64,000 nucleotides of DNA from positions 96,001 to 160,000 of the forward strand of contig JBGASG010000005.1 in NCBI GenBank assembly GCA_044229845.1, given 5' to 3'. Positions 39,555-48,741 of the stretch are shown in pieces. A model generated the notes under the pieces. It was not told where the DNA came from and ran no database searches. It saw only the letters and a list, made by a program, of their open reading frames with translations. Source of the stretch: Candidatus Obscuribacteraceae bacterium. GTDB taxonomy: Bacteria; Cyanobacteriota; Vampirovibrionia; Obscuribacterales; Obscuribacteraceae. The position numbers and the translations under genes are program-made. Every line of letters starts with the position of its first letter. The stretch's first letter is position 1.

Positions 39555-40574
39555 TCAATGAGCCGACTCTGCGGGGCTTTCGCCCTCTGTAGTCGCCTGG
39601 CTGAAGACCTTGAGCAGCAAATAAAAGGAAGGAAAGAGCAACAGCGCGCCGACGAGCAGTGCCCACAATAGCAACTCCAGCGTGGCTTTCGGGGCAGAAC
39701 AGTTGAAAATAGTCAATTCCGGACGCACGAGGTAGGGAAACTGAGATAGTGCCCACCCCCAGAGGATTAACGTGGCCTGGCCGGCGGCGCACAGGCGTGC
39801 TATGAGATAACGGCGGTAGACCAGGCCGACGATGGCACCGGTGGAGACGACCGCCGTCACGGCGTGCAGCGCAATGGTCCAGGGCGCCTTCACCAGGTCA
39901 TTGTAGAGCTGGGGAGCGCCGTGCTGTGAAAGCAAAAATACCGTCATAGCCATGATCGCCACACCGCCCTGTGCCGCCAGGGCTCGCACGCGGAAATCGT
40001 TCTGCAGTTGTGGATCTGAGGTTTCGTTAGTGAGATAGGTGGCCGCCAGAAACGCGAAAATGCAAAGAGCGAACACCCCGTTGGCGAAAGCGAAGGGGTG
40101 CTCCCAGGAATTGATGAAATCGGGACGAGCCATGGGGTGCATGCGCCCGGCGGAGATGGACCCGACCGTGATACCCAGCATAATCGGAGTTACCAGGCTG
40201 GCGATCTCGAAGATCAGGCTCCAGCGGCGCTGGACGCTGTCATCTTTGGTGTCATAGGTGCGGAAGGTGAATGCTGACCCGCGCAGAACGATGCCCACCA
40301 GCATGATTACCAGTGGAATATGCAGGTCGGTAGTGACGAGGGCGAACGCACGCGGCCAGGCGGTAAACAGAATAACGATGACGAGAATCAGCCAGACGTG
40401 GTTGGCTTCCCAGATCGGTCCAACGACCTCGGCGATCAGCGCCCGCTGTTTTGGCGCGCGCTCACCAAAACACAGCAAGTCCCAGACGCCCGCGCCATAA
40501 TCCGCGCCGCCCATCAGCACATAAAAGGTCAGCGCGATAATCAGGATGCCGGCAATGGCAACTTCTAAGGTCAT
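39555..40574 (-). CDS. cydB: Cytochrome bd oxidase subunit II
   Basis: GADYGAG, IAEVVGPIWEANHVWL, LRGSAF.FR. Confidence 0.92.
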   Translation of the reverse strand: MTLEVAIAGILIIALTFYVLMGGADYGAGVWDLLCFGERAPKQRALIAEVVGPIWEANHVWLILVIVILFTAWPRAFALVTTDLHIPLVIMLVGIVLRGSAFTFRTYDTKDDSVQRRWSLIFEIASLVTPIMLGITVGSISAGRMHPMARPDFINSWEHPFAFANGVFALCIFAFLAATYLTNETSDPQLQNDFRVRALAAQGGVAIMAMTVFLLSQHGAPQLYNDLVKAPWTIALHAVTAVVSTGAIVGLVYRRYLIARLCAAGQATLILWGWALSQFPYLVRPELTIFNCSAPKATLELLLWALLVGALLLFPSFYLLLKVFSQATTEGESPAESAH

Positions 40575-40644
40575 AGTTTTTGCCTGCCATTAGAACAACC
40601 TGATTTTACGCGAATCAGGTTCTTTGCAGGGCATAATTGGATGC

Positions 40645-41415
40645 ATGAAACGTTTGTTTGAGAAACGCATGGCTGTCGCGTTGGCGCTTATGTTAATGCA
40701 AGCGTCAGGCGCATGTCCTACTGCGTGGGCAGGGCCGGCGCCCGGCGACCGTGATGCTCAGCTCAACGCCATGCGCAACAACATCGCAAAACGTTGGAAA
40801 TCGTCCGGCAATGCCAAGCTGCGAGCAATCGTTTCCTTCAAAGTCGAGGACACCAATCCCAAAAATGTCGAGATTTACAACTCATCGAAAGACAGCAAAT
40901 TCGATGCTGCCGCCCGAGCCGCGGTGTTACCGCTGATACCATTCAAAGTCGACGGCTTCAAACCGAAAACAGAGTTGCGCGCCAGGTTCGACCCGTACAT
41001 TCATGTCGTCGATGTCTATCAAGCCGAAGACGTGGACTTCGGTCCGTACATGGCCGCCATGCAAAAGGCCGTCAAGAAACACTGGTTTCCACCCAGAGGT
41101 TCTGAGTCCAAACACACAGTGGTTCTCTGGAAGATTCAAAATGACGGAACGATCACCAATGTGCGCCTGGATAAAAGTAGTGGTTCGCCAAACGTGGACG
41201 AGGCCTCGCTAAAAGCGGTGCGGGCGCTCGGCAAGTTTCGTCCATTACCGGCAGGCGCGCCTGACTCCGTAGACATTCAGTTCACCTTCGACTACAACGT
41301 GCACGGCGGCGCCGGTGGCAAGACCGGCAAGAATTCCTCAGCCACCGCTTCATCCAGCGGCGATGGGGCGGCCCGCGTCATCTTCGAGCACATCGATCAG
41401 TTTCTCAAACCATAG
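40645..41415 (+). CDS. Secreted protein with two TonB C-terminal-like domains
   Basis: Signal peptide; SSKDSKFDAAARAAV; FGPYMAAMQKAVKKHW.PP...SSGSPNVDEASLKAV. Confidence 0.85.
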   Translation: MKRLFEKRMAVALALMLMQASGACPTAWAGPAPGDRDAQLNAMRNNIAKRWKSSGNAKLRAIVSFKVEDTNPKNVEIYNSSKDSKFDAAARAAVLPLIPFKVDGFKPKTELRARFDPYIHVVDVYQAEDVDFGPYMAAMQKAVKKHWFPPRGSESKHTVVLWKIQNDGTITNVRLDKSSGSPNVDEASLKAVRALGKFRPLPAGAPDSVDIQFTFDYNVHGGAGGKTGKNSSATASSSGDGAARVIFEHIDQFLKP

Positions 41416-41515
41416 CCATTGTCTTGCTGGGGGTGTCCCTGATTCGATTTGATCTTCCGGCGACCCCTACAACAAAAAGTGTTGAAACTCGCAAGCAGAG
41501 AATTGGCACCCCCGG

Positions 41516-42853
41516 CTACGGAAGAGGCAGGCGCGGTCGGCGCGATTGGGGCGGACTGAAGGGTTTTTCGCTGGCTGCCACTTCGTTGATCAGCAGGCGC
41601 ACAACGATGACGGCGAGAAATAGATAGAGACCAGAGAACAGCAGGCAGGGCACCAGAGTTGATGCCGGCGTCACCGAGTGACTGGTGCGCATGATGCCGT
41701 GGATGACCCAGGGTTGGCGGCCGATTTCGGTGACCATCCAGCCGCATTCCACGGCGAGCATACCCAGGGGCGAGGCTAGCAATGCGGCTTTCAGCAGCCA
41801 GGTATTTTCGTGCAGCTGCTTTTTGCGAAAAAACAGGAAGGCGACCCATGCAGAGAGCAATCCCATCGCGCCGCCGCAGGCGACCATGATCTGGAAGCAT
41901 ATATGCACGGGAAGTACGGGCGGCCATTCGTCGCGCGGAAAATCATTCAGTCCCTTGACCGTCGCGAAAGGGTCGTGGAAAGCCAGTAGGCTCAAACCAT
42001 ATGGAATGTCGATGGCATAACGCGTGACCCGGGCATTCTCGTCCGGGATGCCGCCGATTCGCAGCGGAGCACCGCGTTCGGTGGCGAACTGTCCCTCCAG
42101 GGCCGCCAGCTTTTCCGGCTGGTTGTGTGCCACCGCCTGGGCCACGTTGTCGCCGGTGAGAGGGACGAGAAAGCCGCTCACGGCTGCCATGCCCAGCGCC
42201 AGCGCCAGTGCTTTCTGGTGAAGTTCGTGCGAGTTTTTTTTCAGCAAGACAAAAGCATGGATGCCGGCGACTGCAAAGCCGGTAGCTGCGTAGGCGGCAG
42301 CCAGCATGTGCACCGCCTCGGGAATGCCGCTCGGGTTGAGCATCGCCGCCACCGGATCGATGTCCACCGGCGAGCCGTTGACGTCGCGAAATCCGGTCGG
42401 CGTGTTCATCCAGCCGTTGGCCAGGATTACGAACAGCGCCGAAAAGCCGCCGCTGATTGCCACCACGCACCCCGCTGCGATGTGCTGAGCGGCCGTTATC
42501 TTGTTTCTTCCGTAAAGATAAATGCCCAGGAAGATAGCTTCGGTGAAGAAGGCGAAGCCTTCCAACGAGAACGGCATGCCGATGATGCTGCCGGCGTACG
42601 CCATGAAGTGCGGCCACAAAAGACCCAGTTCAAACGAGAGCACGGTGCCCGAGACGGCTCCCACCGCGAAGAAGACGGCGGTGCCTTTGGCCCAGCGTTT
42701 CGCCAGGTGAAGGTATGCCTCGTTGCCGGTGCGCCGATAACAAATTTCAGCCAGCACCATGAGCAGAGGCATGGCAATGCCGACGCACGCGAAGACAATA
42801 TGGAATCCCAGCGACATGCCCATTTGCAGTCTTGCCGCCAGGAGATTGTCCAT
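41516..42853 (-). CDS. cydA: Cytochrome bd oxidase subunit I (short Q-loop)
   Basis: GFHIVF, EAIFLG, NGWMNTP, QPEKLAALEG, GWMVTEIGRQPW. Confidence 0.95.
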   Translation of the reverse strand: MDNLLAARLQMGMSLGFHIVFACVGIAMPLLMVLAEICYRRTGNEAYLHLAKRWAKGTAVFFAVGAVSGTVLSFELGLLWPHFMAYAGSIIGMPFSLEGFAFFTEAIFLGIYLYGRNKITAAQHIAAGCVVAISGGFSALFVILANGWMNTPTGFRDVNGSPVDIDPVAAMLNPSGIPEAVHMLAAAYAATGFAVAGIHAFVLLKKNSHELHQKALALALGMAAVSGFLVPLTGDNVAQAVAHNQPEKLAALEGQFATERGAPLRIGGIPDENARVTRYAIDIPYGLSLLAFHDPFATVKGLNDFPRDEWPPVLPVHICFQIMVACGGAMGLLSAWVAFLFFRKKQLHENTWLLKAALLASPLGMLAVECGWMVTEIGRQPWVIHGIMRTSHSVTPASTLVPCLLFSGLYLFLAVIVVRLLINEVAASEKPFSPPQSRRPRLPLP

Positions 42854-42857
42854 TTAT

Positions 42858-44339
42858 CTAGTCGATTTCGCTGTCGGAGATCTTCTTGGTGCGACGGGCG
42901 ACGCCGCTCTTGATGGCAGCCTTAGCGGCAGCCTCGGCAACGCTCTCCGCCACCTTCGGATTGAACACGCCGGGGATGATGTAATCCTCGTTGAGTTCCG
43001 AAGGTGCAATCACGTTGGCGATCGCTTCGGCGGCGGCCAGTTTCATCTCTTCGTTGATGTCGCGCGCCTGCACATCAAGGGCGCCTCTGAAGATGCCCGG
43101 GAAGCAGAGCACGTTGTTGATCTGGTTGGGATAGTCGGAACGTCCCGTCGCCATAATGCGGACATAGGGCGCGGCTTCTTCCGGCATCACTTCCGGAATC
43201 GGGTTGGCCATCGCAAACACAATCGCGTCGCGCGCCATTTTCTTCAGGTCAACCGGGTCGATCGTACCGGGACCGGAAAGTCCGATGTACAGGTCGGCGC
43301 CGTCCAGCGCATCCTTCAAAACGCCTTTGAACTTGGTGGGGTTGGTGTTCTTGGCGAACCATTCCTTCATGTAATTCATGTTTTCGGTGCGACCTTCATA
43401 TATCGCACCCTGACGGTCGAAGCCGATGATGTTGCGGGCGCCGGCCGCCATGATGATCTTCGAGCAGGCAACACCGGCTGCGCCGACGCCGCTGACGACG
43501 ATCTTGAGGTCCTTCATCTGTTTCTTCACGATCTTCAGCGAGTTCATCAGCGCTGCCAGAACCACAACGGCGGTGCCGTGCTGATCGTCGTGGAACACAG
43601 GAATATCCAGCTCTTGCTTGAGACGGGTTTCGATTTCGAAGCAACGCGGTGCGGAGATGTCTTCCAGGTTGATGCCACCAAATACGGGGGCAATGTTTTT
43701 CACCGTTTTGATGATTTCTTCGGTGTCTTGTGTAGCCAGGCAAATCGGGAAAGCATCGACTTTGCCGAATTCTTTGAAGAGCATCGCCTTGCCTTCCATG
43801 ACCGGGCAGCCGGCTTCAGGACCGATGTTGCCCAATCCGAGCACGGCGGACCCATCGGTGACGACGGCCACCATATTGCGTTTGATGGTCAGCTTGTAGG
43901 CACTCGACGGCTCTCTGTGAATCGCCATGCAGACGCGGGCAACGCCGGGTGTGTATGCCATTGATAGGTCGTCGCGGGTCTTCAGAGGCACTTTATTAGT
44001 GACCGTGATTTTGCCGCCCAGATGCATCAGGAAGGTGCGGTCGGAAACGTGCACGACTTCGATGTCCTTCATCGACTTCAGTGCTTTCACCACCGCTTCG
44101 CCGTGGCTGTCGTCGCGGACGTTGACCGTGATATCGCGAACGATGAAGTCCTTTTCGAAACCGGCGATGTCAACTGCGCCGATGTCCGCGCCTTGCTCGC
44201 CAATAAGCGAAGTCACTTTGCCGAGCATGCCCGGCTTGTTGTTGATTTTCAGTCGCAGTGTCTGACTGTAGCTTGCACTTGGCTGCAAAGTTGTGTTCAC
44301 CTTTTTGTCGGCGGCCGGTTGCGTTTTAGTTGTGGACAT
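42858..44339 (-). CDS. NAD(P)-dependent malic enzyme with N-terminal ACT domain
   Basis: NKPGML ACT; AYTPGVA, TDGSAVLGLG, FHDDQHGTA, GVGAAG, NNVLCFPG. Confidence 0.93.
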   Translation of the reverse strand: MSTTKTQPAADKKVNTTLQPSASYSQTLRLKINNKPGMLGKVTSLIGEQGADIGAVDIAGFEKDFIVRDITVNVRDDSHGEAVVKALKSMKDIEVVHVSDRTFLMHLGGKITVTNKVPLKTRDDLSMAYTPGVARVCMAIHREPSSAYKLTIKRNMVAVVTDGSAVLGLGNIGPEAGCPVMEGKAMLFKEFGKVDAFPICLATQDTEEIIKTVKNIAPVFGGINLEDISAPRCFEIETRLKQELDIPVFHDDQHGTAVVVLAALMNSLKIVKKQMKDLKIVVSGVGAAGVACSKIIMAAGARNIIGFDRQGAIYEGRTENMNYMKEWFAKNTNPTKFKGVLKDALDGADLYIGLSGPGTIDPVDLKKMARDAIVFAMANPIPEVMPEEAAPYVRIMATGRSDYPNQINNVLCFPGIFRGALDVQARDINEEMKLAAAEAIANVIAPSELNEDYIIPGVFNPKVAESVAEAAAKAAIKSGVARRTKKISDSEID

Positions 44340-44520
44340 ACGCCAATTTCCTGATAGTTATTGGGCTAACGAGCGCTGAATAAGCGAAGCGATAAGCATA
44401 GCGCTTTTGGCAAAATTCGCATGAGAATCATGGCGCGAGCTAAATTCTTTAATGCGAAACGCGCTATGCTGAATGGTTGCAAGTTTTATGCTGCGCATAT
44501 CCGCAACAGGAGGGGGAGGC

Positions 44521-45357
44521 ATGACATCTAAAAAACCCGAAATCATCGGTAATTTCGAATTCATTGAGAATAAGAGTGAGGGCAAACTGCGCACTCGACG
44601 CGAAGTGCTGCTGATGGGCGCAATTGCTGCGACCGGCGCAATTGCGACCTCGACGGGAATAGTTAAGGCTGCAGAAACCGAAAGCAAGGCAGCCGGAGTA
44701 ATTGCCGGCGGCGCCCCGGCAGCCGGCGGCAAGTCTTATACGGCTAAAGATTTTTCCAGCCTTGTCACGAAGAATATGACCGGGCTGTCGTCCAAACAAG
44801 TCGAACAGCACTTGAAGCTGTATGAAGGTTATGTCGGCAAAATCAACGAATTGCAAGCCGGACTGGATGCTGTCGACATCAGCACGCCGGCACCGAACGC
44901 CACATATCATCCCTATAGAGAGATGCTCGTCGAGCAGAGCTTCGCGCTCAACGGCGTCATCTATCACGAGTTGTATTTTGCCAACCTGGGCGGCAGCGGC
45001 GGCGAACCTACCGGCGATCTGAAATCCGCGGTGGAAGCGCGATTTGGTTCAGTAGGCAAATTTATCGATCACTTGAAGGCGGCCGGCAAATGCATGCGCG
45101 GTTGGGTCGTGGTCGGCTGGAACACCCGCGATGCCAGTCTGCAAATGTACGGGCTCGATGCCCACAACTTGCTGGTGCCGGCTAATGTAGTACCGCTGGT
45201 GGTGCTGGATGTGTACGAGCACGCCTATATGATCGATTACGGCACCAATCGTGGTGCTTATTTAGATGCCTTCCTCTCCAATATCGATTGGGGAGTTTGC
45301 AACAAGCGTTTCACGCGGGCCCATGGGCATCCAAGCGGTCCCGACACCACCGCGTAA
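44521..45357 (+). CDS. Fe/Mn superoxide dismutase with twin-arginine signal
   Basis: TRREVL + hydrophobic stretch; HLKLYEGYV, HELYF, DVYEHAY; GGAGG RBS. Confidence 0.85.
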   Translation: MTSKKPEIIGNFEFIENKSEGKLRTRREVLLMGAIAATGAIATSTGIVKAAETESKAAGVIAGGAPAAGGKSYTAKDFSSLVTKNMTGLSSKQVEQHLKLYEGYVGKINELQAGLDAVDISTPAPNATYHPYREMLVEQSFALNGVIYHELYFANLGGSGGEPTGDLKSAVEARFGSVGKFIDHLKAAGKCMRGWVVVGWNTRDASLQMYGLDAHNLLVPANVVPLVVLDVYEHAYMIDYGTNRGAYLDAFLSNIDWGVCNKRFTRAHGHPSGPDTTA

Positions 45358-45471
45358 TCTGCTGGATAACCCCTACAGACAACAGCAGGCTCGACTCAGG
45401 GTTTTGCCGGTATAAAACTGCGTCGACGAAAGTTATCGTTGAGCAGTTGCGAACCCTCAGGTCATAAACCC

Positions 45472-45966
45472 ATGAAGTCGGTAGTCGGCTTATTTTTGCT
45501 GCTCGTTATTGCTTCGCTCCTGGCTGGTCCGGCGCGGGGCGATATGGCTTCGCCGCCGCCGTCTCCCGAACAGGCGGCTCGCGCATCGCGAATTAACCTG
45601 GGTCCTTATGTGTTGGCTCTACGCTCAGGCTATCAAAGCAACGCCCAGAAGAAACTGGAAGGGCTCTGGACCGCCCCCAGTGAGATGACCGGCAGCGCAG
45701 TCGTGGCTTTCGATCTTGACTGGCAAGGCGTGCCCACCCATGTAACGCTCACACGTAAGAGCGGCTGCGAGGCGGCAGACAAAGTGGCGCTCAAGACCGT
45801 TGAGAAATGCGAAGGACTGGGACCACTACCGGCGATGACTCAATCGGTGCACGGTGTGACCACCTTCTCGCCCCAGTCAGCCAAGAAGAAACTGGCGCTG
45901 CATATGATTTTCAAGGACACCGATCCGGAAGTCGGACTGTCCGGCTCGTACACGAACATCAGGTAA
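45472..45966 (+). CDS. Secreted TonB C-terminal-like protein
   Basis: Signal peptide; W.AP, VAFDLDWQG, KSGCEAADKVAL. Confidence 0.65.
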   Translation: MKSVVGLFLLLVIASLLAGPARGDMASPPPSPEQAARASRINLGPYVLALRSGYQSNAQKKLEGLWTAPSEMTGSAVVAFDLDWQGVPTHVTLTRKSGCEAADKVALKTVEKCEGLGPLPAMTQSVHGVTTFSPQSAKKKLALHMIFKDTDPEVGLSGSYTNIR

Positions 45967-46046
45967 CCAACCGGATTTTTACCGTGGGGTTCTCTGCCTA
46001 AGTTAGATATAGTAGTGTCTGGCTCCCTGTTGGTTGAGGATTTGGC

Positions 46047-46547
46047 GTGAGAAATTTGGCTTTGATTGGTGCTCTGGCTGTGCTGGCTGGCTCAGTGATG
46101 CCTGCCTGGGCGGATATTCCGCCGCCGCCACCGCCGCATGTCTCGCAGTTGATCGCCGACGCACCGCTGCCACCGAGCCTGGACGCGTTCAAGGGCATGA
46201 AAAATGCCCCTGAATTGAGGGCCTACACCAACAAAGAACGCGCCAAGTTCAAAGCGCAGTCTGAGAGAATGCTGGCCAAACTGTGGAAACCGGTCCCTGG
46301 TATGAAGGCGCCCGTGGTGATTTCGTTTGCTATCGGATCAGAAGGATATCCGTACGATGTGACCCTCCAAAAGAGCAGCGGTTCGAAGAAAGCCGATGCA
46401 GCCGCCCTGAAAATATTGGGACACCTCGAAGACAAACAAGAACTGCCGGCTCACACAGCCATCATTCAAGTAACTTCGAATTTCGCGCCTGCCACCGCCA
46501 AACAGAAGGTGGCGACGGTGATGAAGTTCACCGATGCAGCACTCTAA
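46047..46547 (+). CDS. Secreted TonB C-terminal-like protein, paralog of previous
   Basis: Signal peptide; WKP, ISFAIGSEG, KSSGSKKADAAAL. Confidence 0.65.
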   Translation: MRNLALIGALAVLAGSVMPAWADIPPPPPPHVSQLIADAPLPPSLDAFKGMKNAPELRAYTNKERAKFKAQSERMLAKLWKPVPGMKAPVVISFAIGSEGYPYDVTLQKSSGSKKADAAALKILGHLEDKQELPAHTAIIQVTSNFAPATAKQKVATVMKFTDAAL

Positions 46548-46788
46548 AGAAGAGGACTTGGACAGCGTGGCGGATTACTTGCGTACCGGCAGCAAATACA
46601 TGGCGATTCTGATGGCGGCATTAGTCTGCCTGGGAATCGGGGTTCTGTTCGGGCATCTACAACCACTCGAATATCTAACTGCGCAGGGTTACCAGATGAT
46701 GGGCGGTGCCATGCTGGCTTCCTTCACCATATTTTTTGCCGGAATGTTGGCGGCGAAGAATCTGGATTCGGCGCAGAAACTGAAATGA
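46534..46788 (+). CDS. Small two-TM protein
   Basis: Overlaps both neighbours (ATGA coupling at 46785). Confidence 0.55.
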   Translation: MQHSKEEDLDSVADYLRTGSKYMAILMAALVCLGIGVLFGHLQPLEYLTAQGYQMMGGAMLASFTIFFAGMLAAKNLDSAQKLK

Positions 46789-47831
46789 CGGCATCAATCA
46801 CACGCTCATTTCCAGCAGATCAGTCGCGGTCGCAACCGGCAACCGCGGCGGTTTTGAGCGAACAGCTGCGCTTCGCGTTAATTTGCTCGCTGATTGGTTT
46901 GACCTGTGCGACTTTCTGTGGACTGGCTCCGATCGGTGTTTCTATCGCCACGGTGTTTCTGTTTGCCGGACCTCATAACTGGATCGAGTTGCGCTACTTC
47001 TTATCGCGATTACCGGCACGATTCGCCGGACTGAAACTCTACTTCGCCACCGGCATTCTCGGCGCCTTGGCTCTGGCTGTGTCTTTCCCTACCATGGCTT
47101 ATCTGGGTAAGGCGCAGTTGATTTCGATTCCTGCCTGGATCGCCGGCTACCAGATTGGCAATGTCGCTCTGGTTGCTTGGGTTTGCAGCCTGATCATGAT
47201 CAGGCACGGCGACCGCCTCAGCTCAACGCGATTTTCTCTCATGCTCGGTGTGGCGCTTTCACTGGTGGTGCTTATCTGGCTGAGCCCGGGGTACTTTGGC
47301 ATGTCCCTGGTTTATCTGCACCCATTTGTGGCGCTCTTCATGCTCGACATCGAACTGCGGCGCAGCAAACCACATCTGGTGGCACCCTATCGACTGTCGC
47401 TGACGCTCATACCAGTTTTGATCGGTGCCCTTTATTGGCAGTTGGCCGGCTTGCCCACCATCGAGCAGAGCGATCCGCTCGTCGCCCAGATTTGCCGTCA
47501 TGCAGGCGCCGACTGGATTACCGGCGTCTCGGTTCAGTTCCTGGTGGCAACCCACACTTTTCTGGAGATGCTGCACTATGGAGTGTGGCTGCTCGCCATT
47601 CCTCTTATGGCAGCCGGTTGGCACAACTGGCGTCCACGTTCGTTGCCGATCACCGTGGTTTCATCCACTGCCAAAAGAATGGTGTCTGTGGCGCTGGTGT
47701 TCAGCACCTTTGCCGTGGCCGTGCTGTGGTTTTGCTTCGGCGTTGATTTCAACGTTGCACGCGAATGGTACTTCTTGCTGGCGATGATTCATGTCTTTGC
47801 CGAAATTCCCTTCCTGATTCGGTTCATTTAG
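46785..47831 (+). CDS. Polytopic membrane protein with His-containing motifs
   Basis: GPHNW, YLHP, THTFLEMLHY, IHVFAE. Confidence 0.8.
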   Translation: MTASITRSFPADQSRSQPATAAVLSEQLRFALICSLIGLTCATFCGLAPIGVSIATVFLFAGPHNWIELRYFLSRLPARFAGLKLYFATGILGALALAVSFPTMAYLGKAQLISIPAWIAGYQIGNVALVAWVCSLIMIRHGDRLSSTRFSLMLGVALSLVVLIWLSPGYFGMSLVYLHPFVALFMLDIELRRSKPHLVAPYRLSLTLIPVLIGALYWQLAGLPTIEQSDPLVAQICRHAGADWITGVSVQFLVATHTFLEMLHYGVWLLAIPLMAAGWHNWRPRSLPITVVSSTAKRMVSVALVFSTFAVAVLWFCFGVDFNVAREWYFLLAMIHVFAEIPFLIRFI

Positions 47832-47835
47832 CGGC

Positions 47836-48213
47836 ATGGCTCCGCTTCAATACGCCGAGCTCATGGCACGCGGCTACCTGATGACGATTTTACTGGAAGG
47901 AGCGGTGCTCTTCCTGGGGTTGCGCGATCTGACTGTCAGGCAGAAACTGTTCCTCAGCTTCTGGCTGACAGCCATTACCTATCCGTTTGTGTGGCTGGTC
48001 TATCCATGCTTGTTCGACATGCGCACCGAGCGCGTCGCTTATCTCTGGGCAGCCGAAACCTTCGCTCCTCTCGCTGAGTGCCTGGCATTTCGATTTGCTT
48101 TCGCCGGCCACCTGCCCTGGCGTTCGGGGGCGCTCTGGCGCTCGTTTGCTGTGATCACCGCCGCCAATCTGACCTCATATATAGTCGGCGCCCTGGTGCC
48201 CTGGTACCGCTAA
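47836..48213 (+). CDS. Small polytopic membrane protein
   Basis: T...E, TYPFVW, AETFAPLAE, ANLTSY; 4 bp after previous stop. Confidence 0.75.
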   Translation: MAPLQYAELMARGYLMTILLEGAVLFLGLRDLTVRQKLFLSFWLTAITYPFVWLVYPCLFDMRTERVAYLWAAETFAPLAECLAFRFAFAGHLPWRSGALWRSFAVITAANLTSYIVGALVPWYR

Positions 48214-48248
48214 CGCTTTTTCCCGGCTGGTGATCCCAACCACCCTTT

Positions 48249-48395
48249 GAAAATTGTTGATCTATACGATAAGACCCAAGACGCTTCACTAATCGTCAGC
48301 GATGCGGCTGAAACCCTCCAGTGATGCGCGTTTTGGGTTTCTCTCTTGCTGCCGTAGCTCCCTGAAGGGCATTATCGTATAGATCAACTTTTTTC
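48249..48395. repeat. 147-bp element bounded by 24-bp inverted repeats (17-bp perfect core)
   Basis: GTTGATCTATACGATAA (48256-48272) vs TTATCGTATAGATCAAC (48372-48388); 22/24 match when extended. Confidence 0.85.
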
Positions 48396-48458
48396 TAAGA
48401 GCTCAGAAGACCCAGGCACCCCCGGTGGTGTGACGCGAAATTTGGGTAAAAAGAAAGC

Positions 48459-48689
48459 ATGCTGAAGAAACTACTAGGTATCGGTCTGATATTGTTCGCC
48501 ATCGGCAAGGTGGTGTACGACGTCTACCTCGTGAAGGGTCATACAGGCGACGTGGTCGGCTACTTCAACGTCATGATTCAAACCAGCAACGTCACCGAAC
48601 TTGGCATGATTGGCGGCGGATTCATTCTTGGTATGCTGCTTTTGGCTGTAGCCAACAAAGAAGACACCGAACACCTGTCCCACCGCTAG
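48459..48689 (+). CDS. Small two-TM protein
   Basis: Two hydrophobic segments, 76 aa. Confidence 0.65.
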   Translation: MLKKLLGIGLILFAIGKVVYDVYLVKGHTGDVVGYFNVMIQTSNVTELGMIGGGFILGMLLLAVANKEDTEHLSHR

Positions 48690-48741
48690 GCACTCTTCCC
48701 ACGCCAGGCACTCTTCCCCGCCGGTTTTCGAAACATTTCTG

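Noticed and set aside
42759..43964. 401-aa plus-strand ORF
   Set aside because: Antisense shadow of the malic enzyme gene
48249..48395. Retron msr-msd or autonomous IS
   Set aside because: No reverse transcriptase or transposase in the window and no target-site duplication; kept only as an unexplained element
48688..48718. 13-bp direct repeat AGGCACTCTTCCC
   Set aside because: Two short copies between convergent genes; likely a local duplication with no further support
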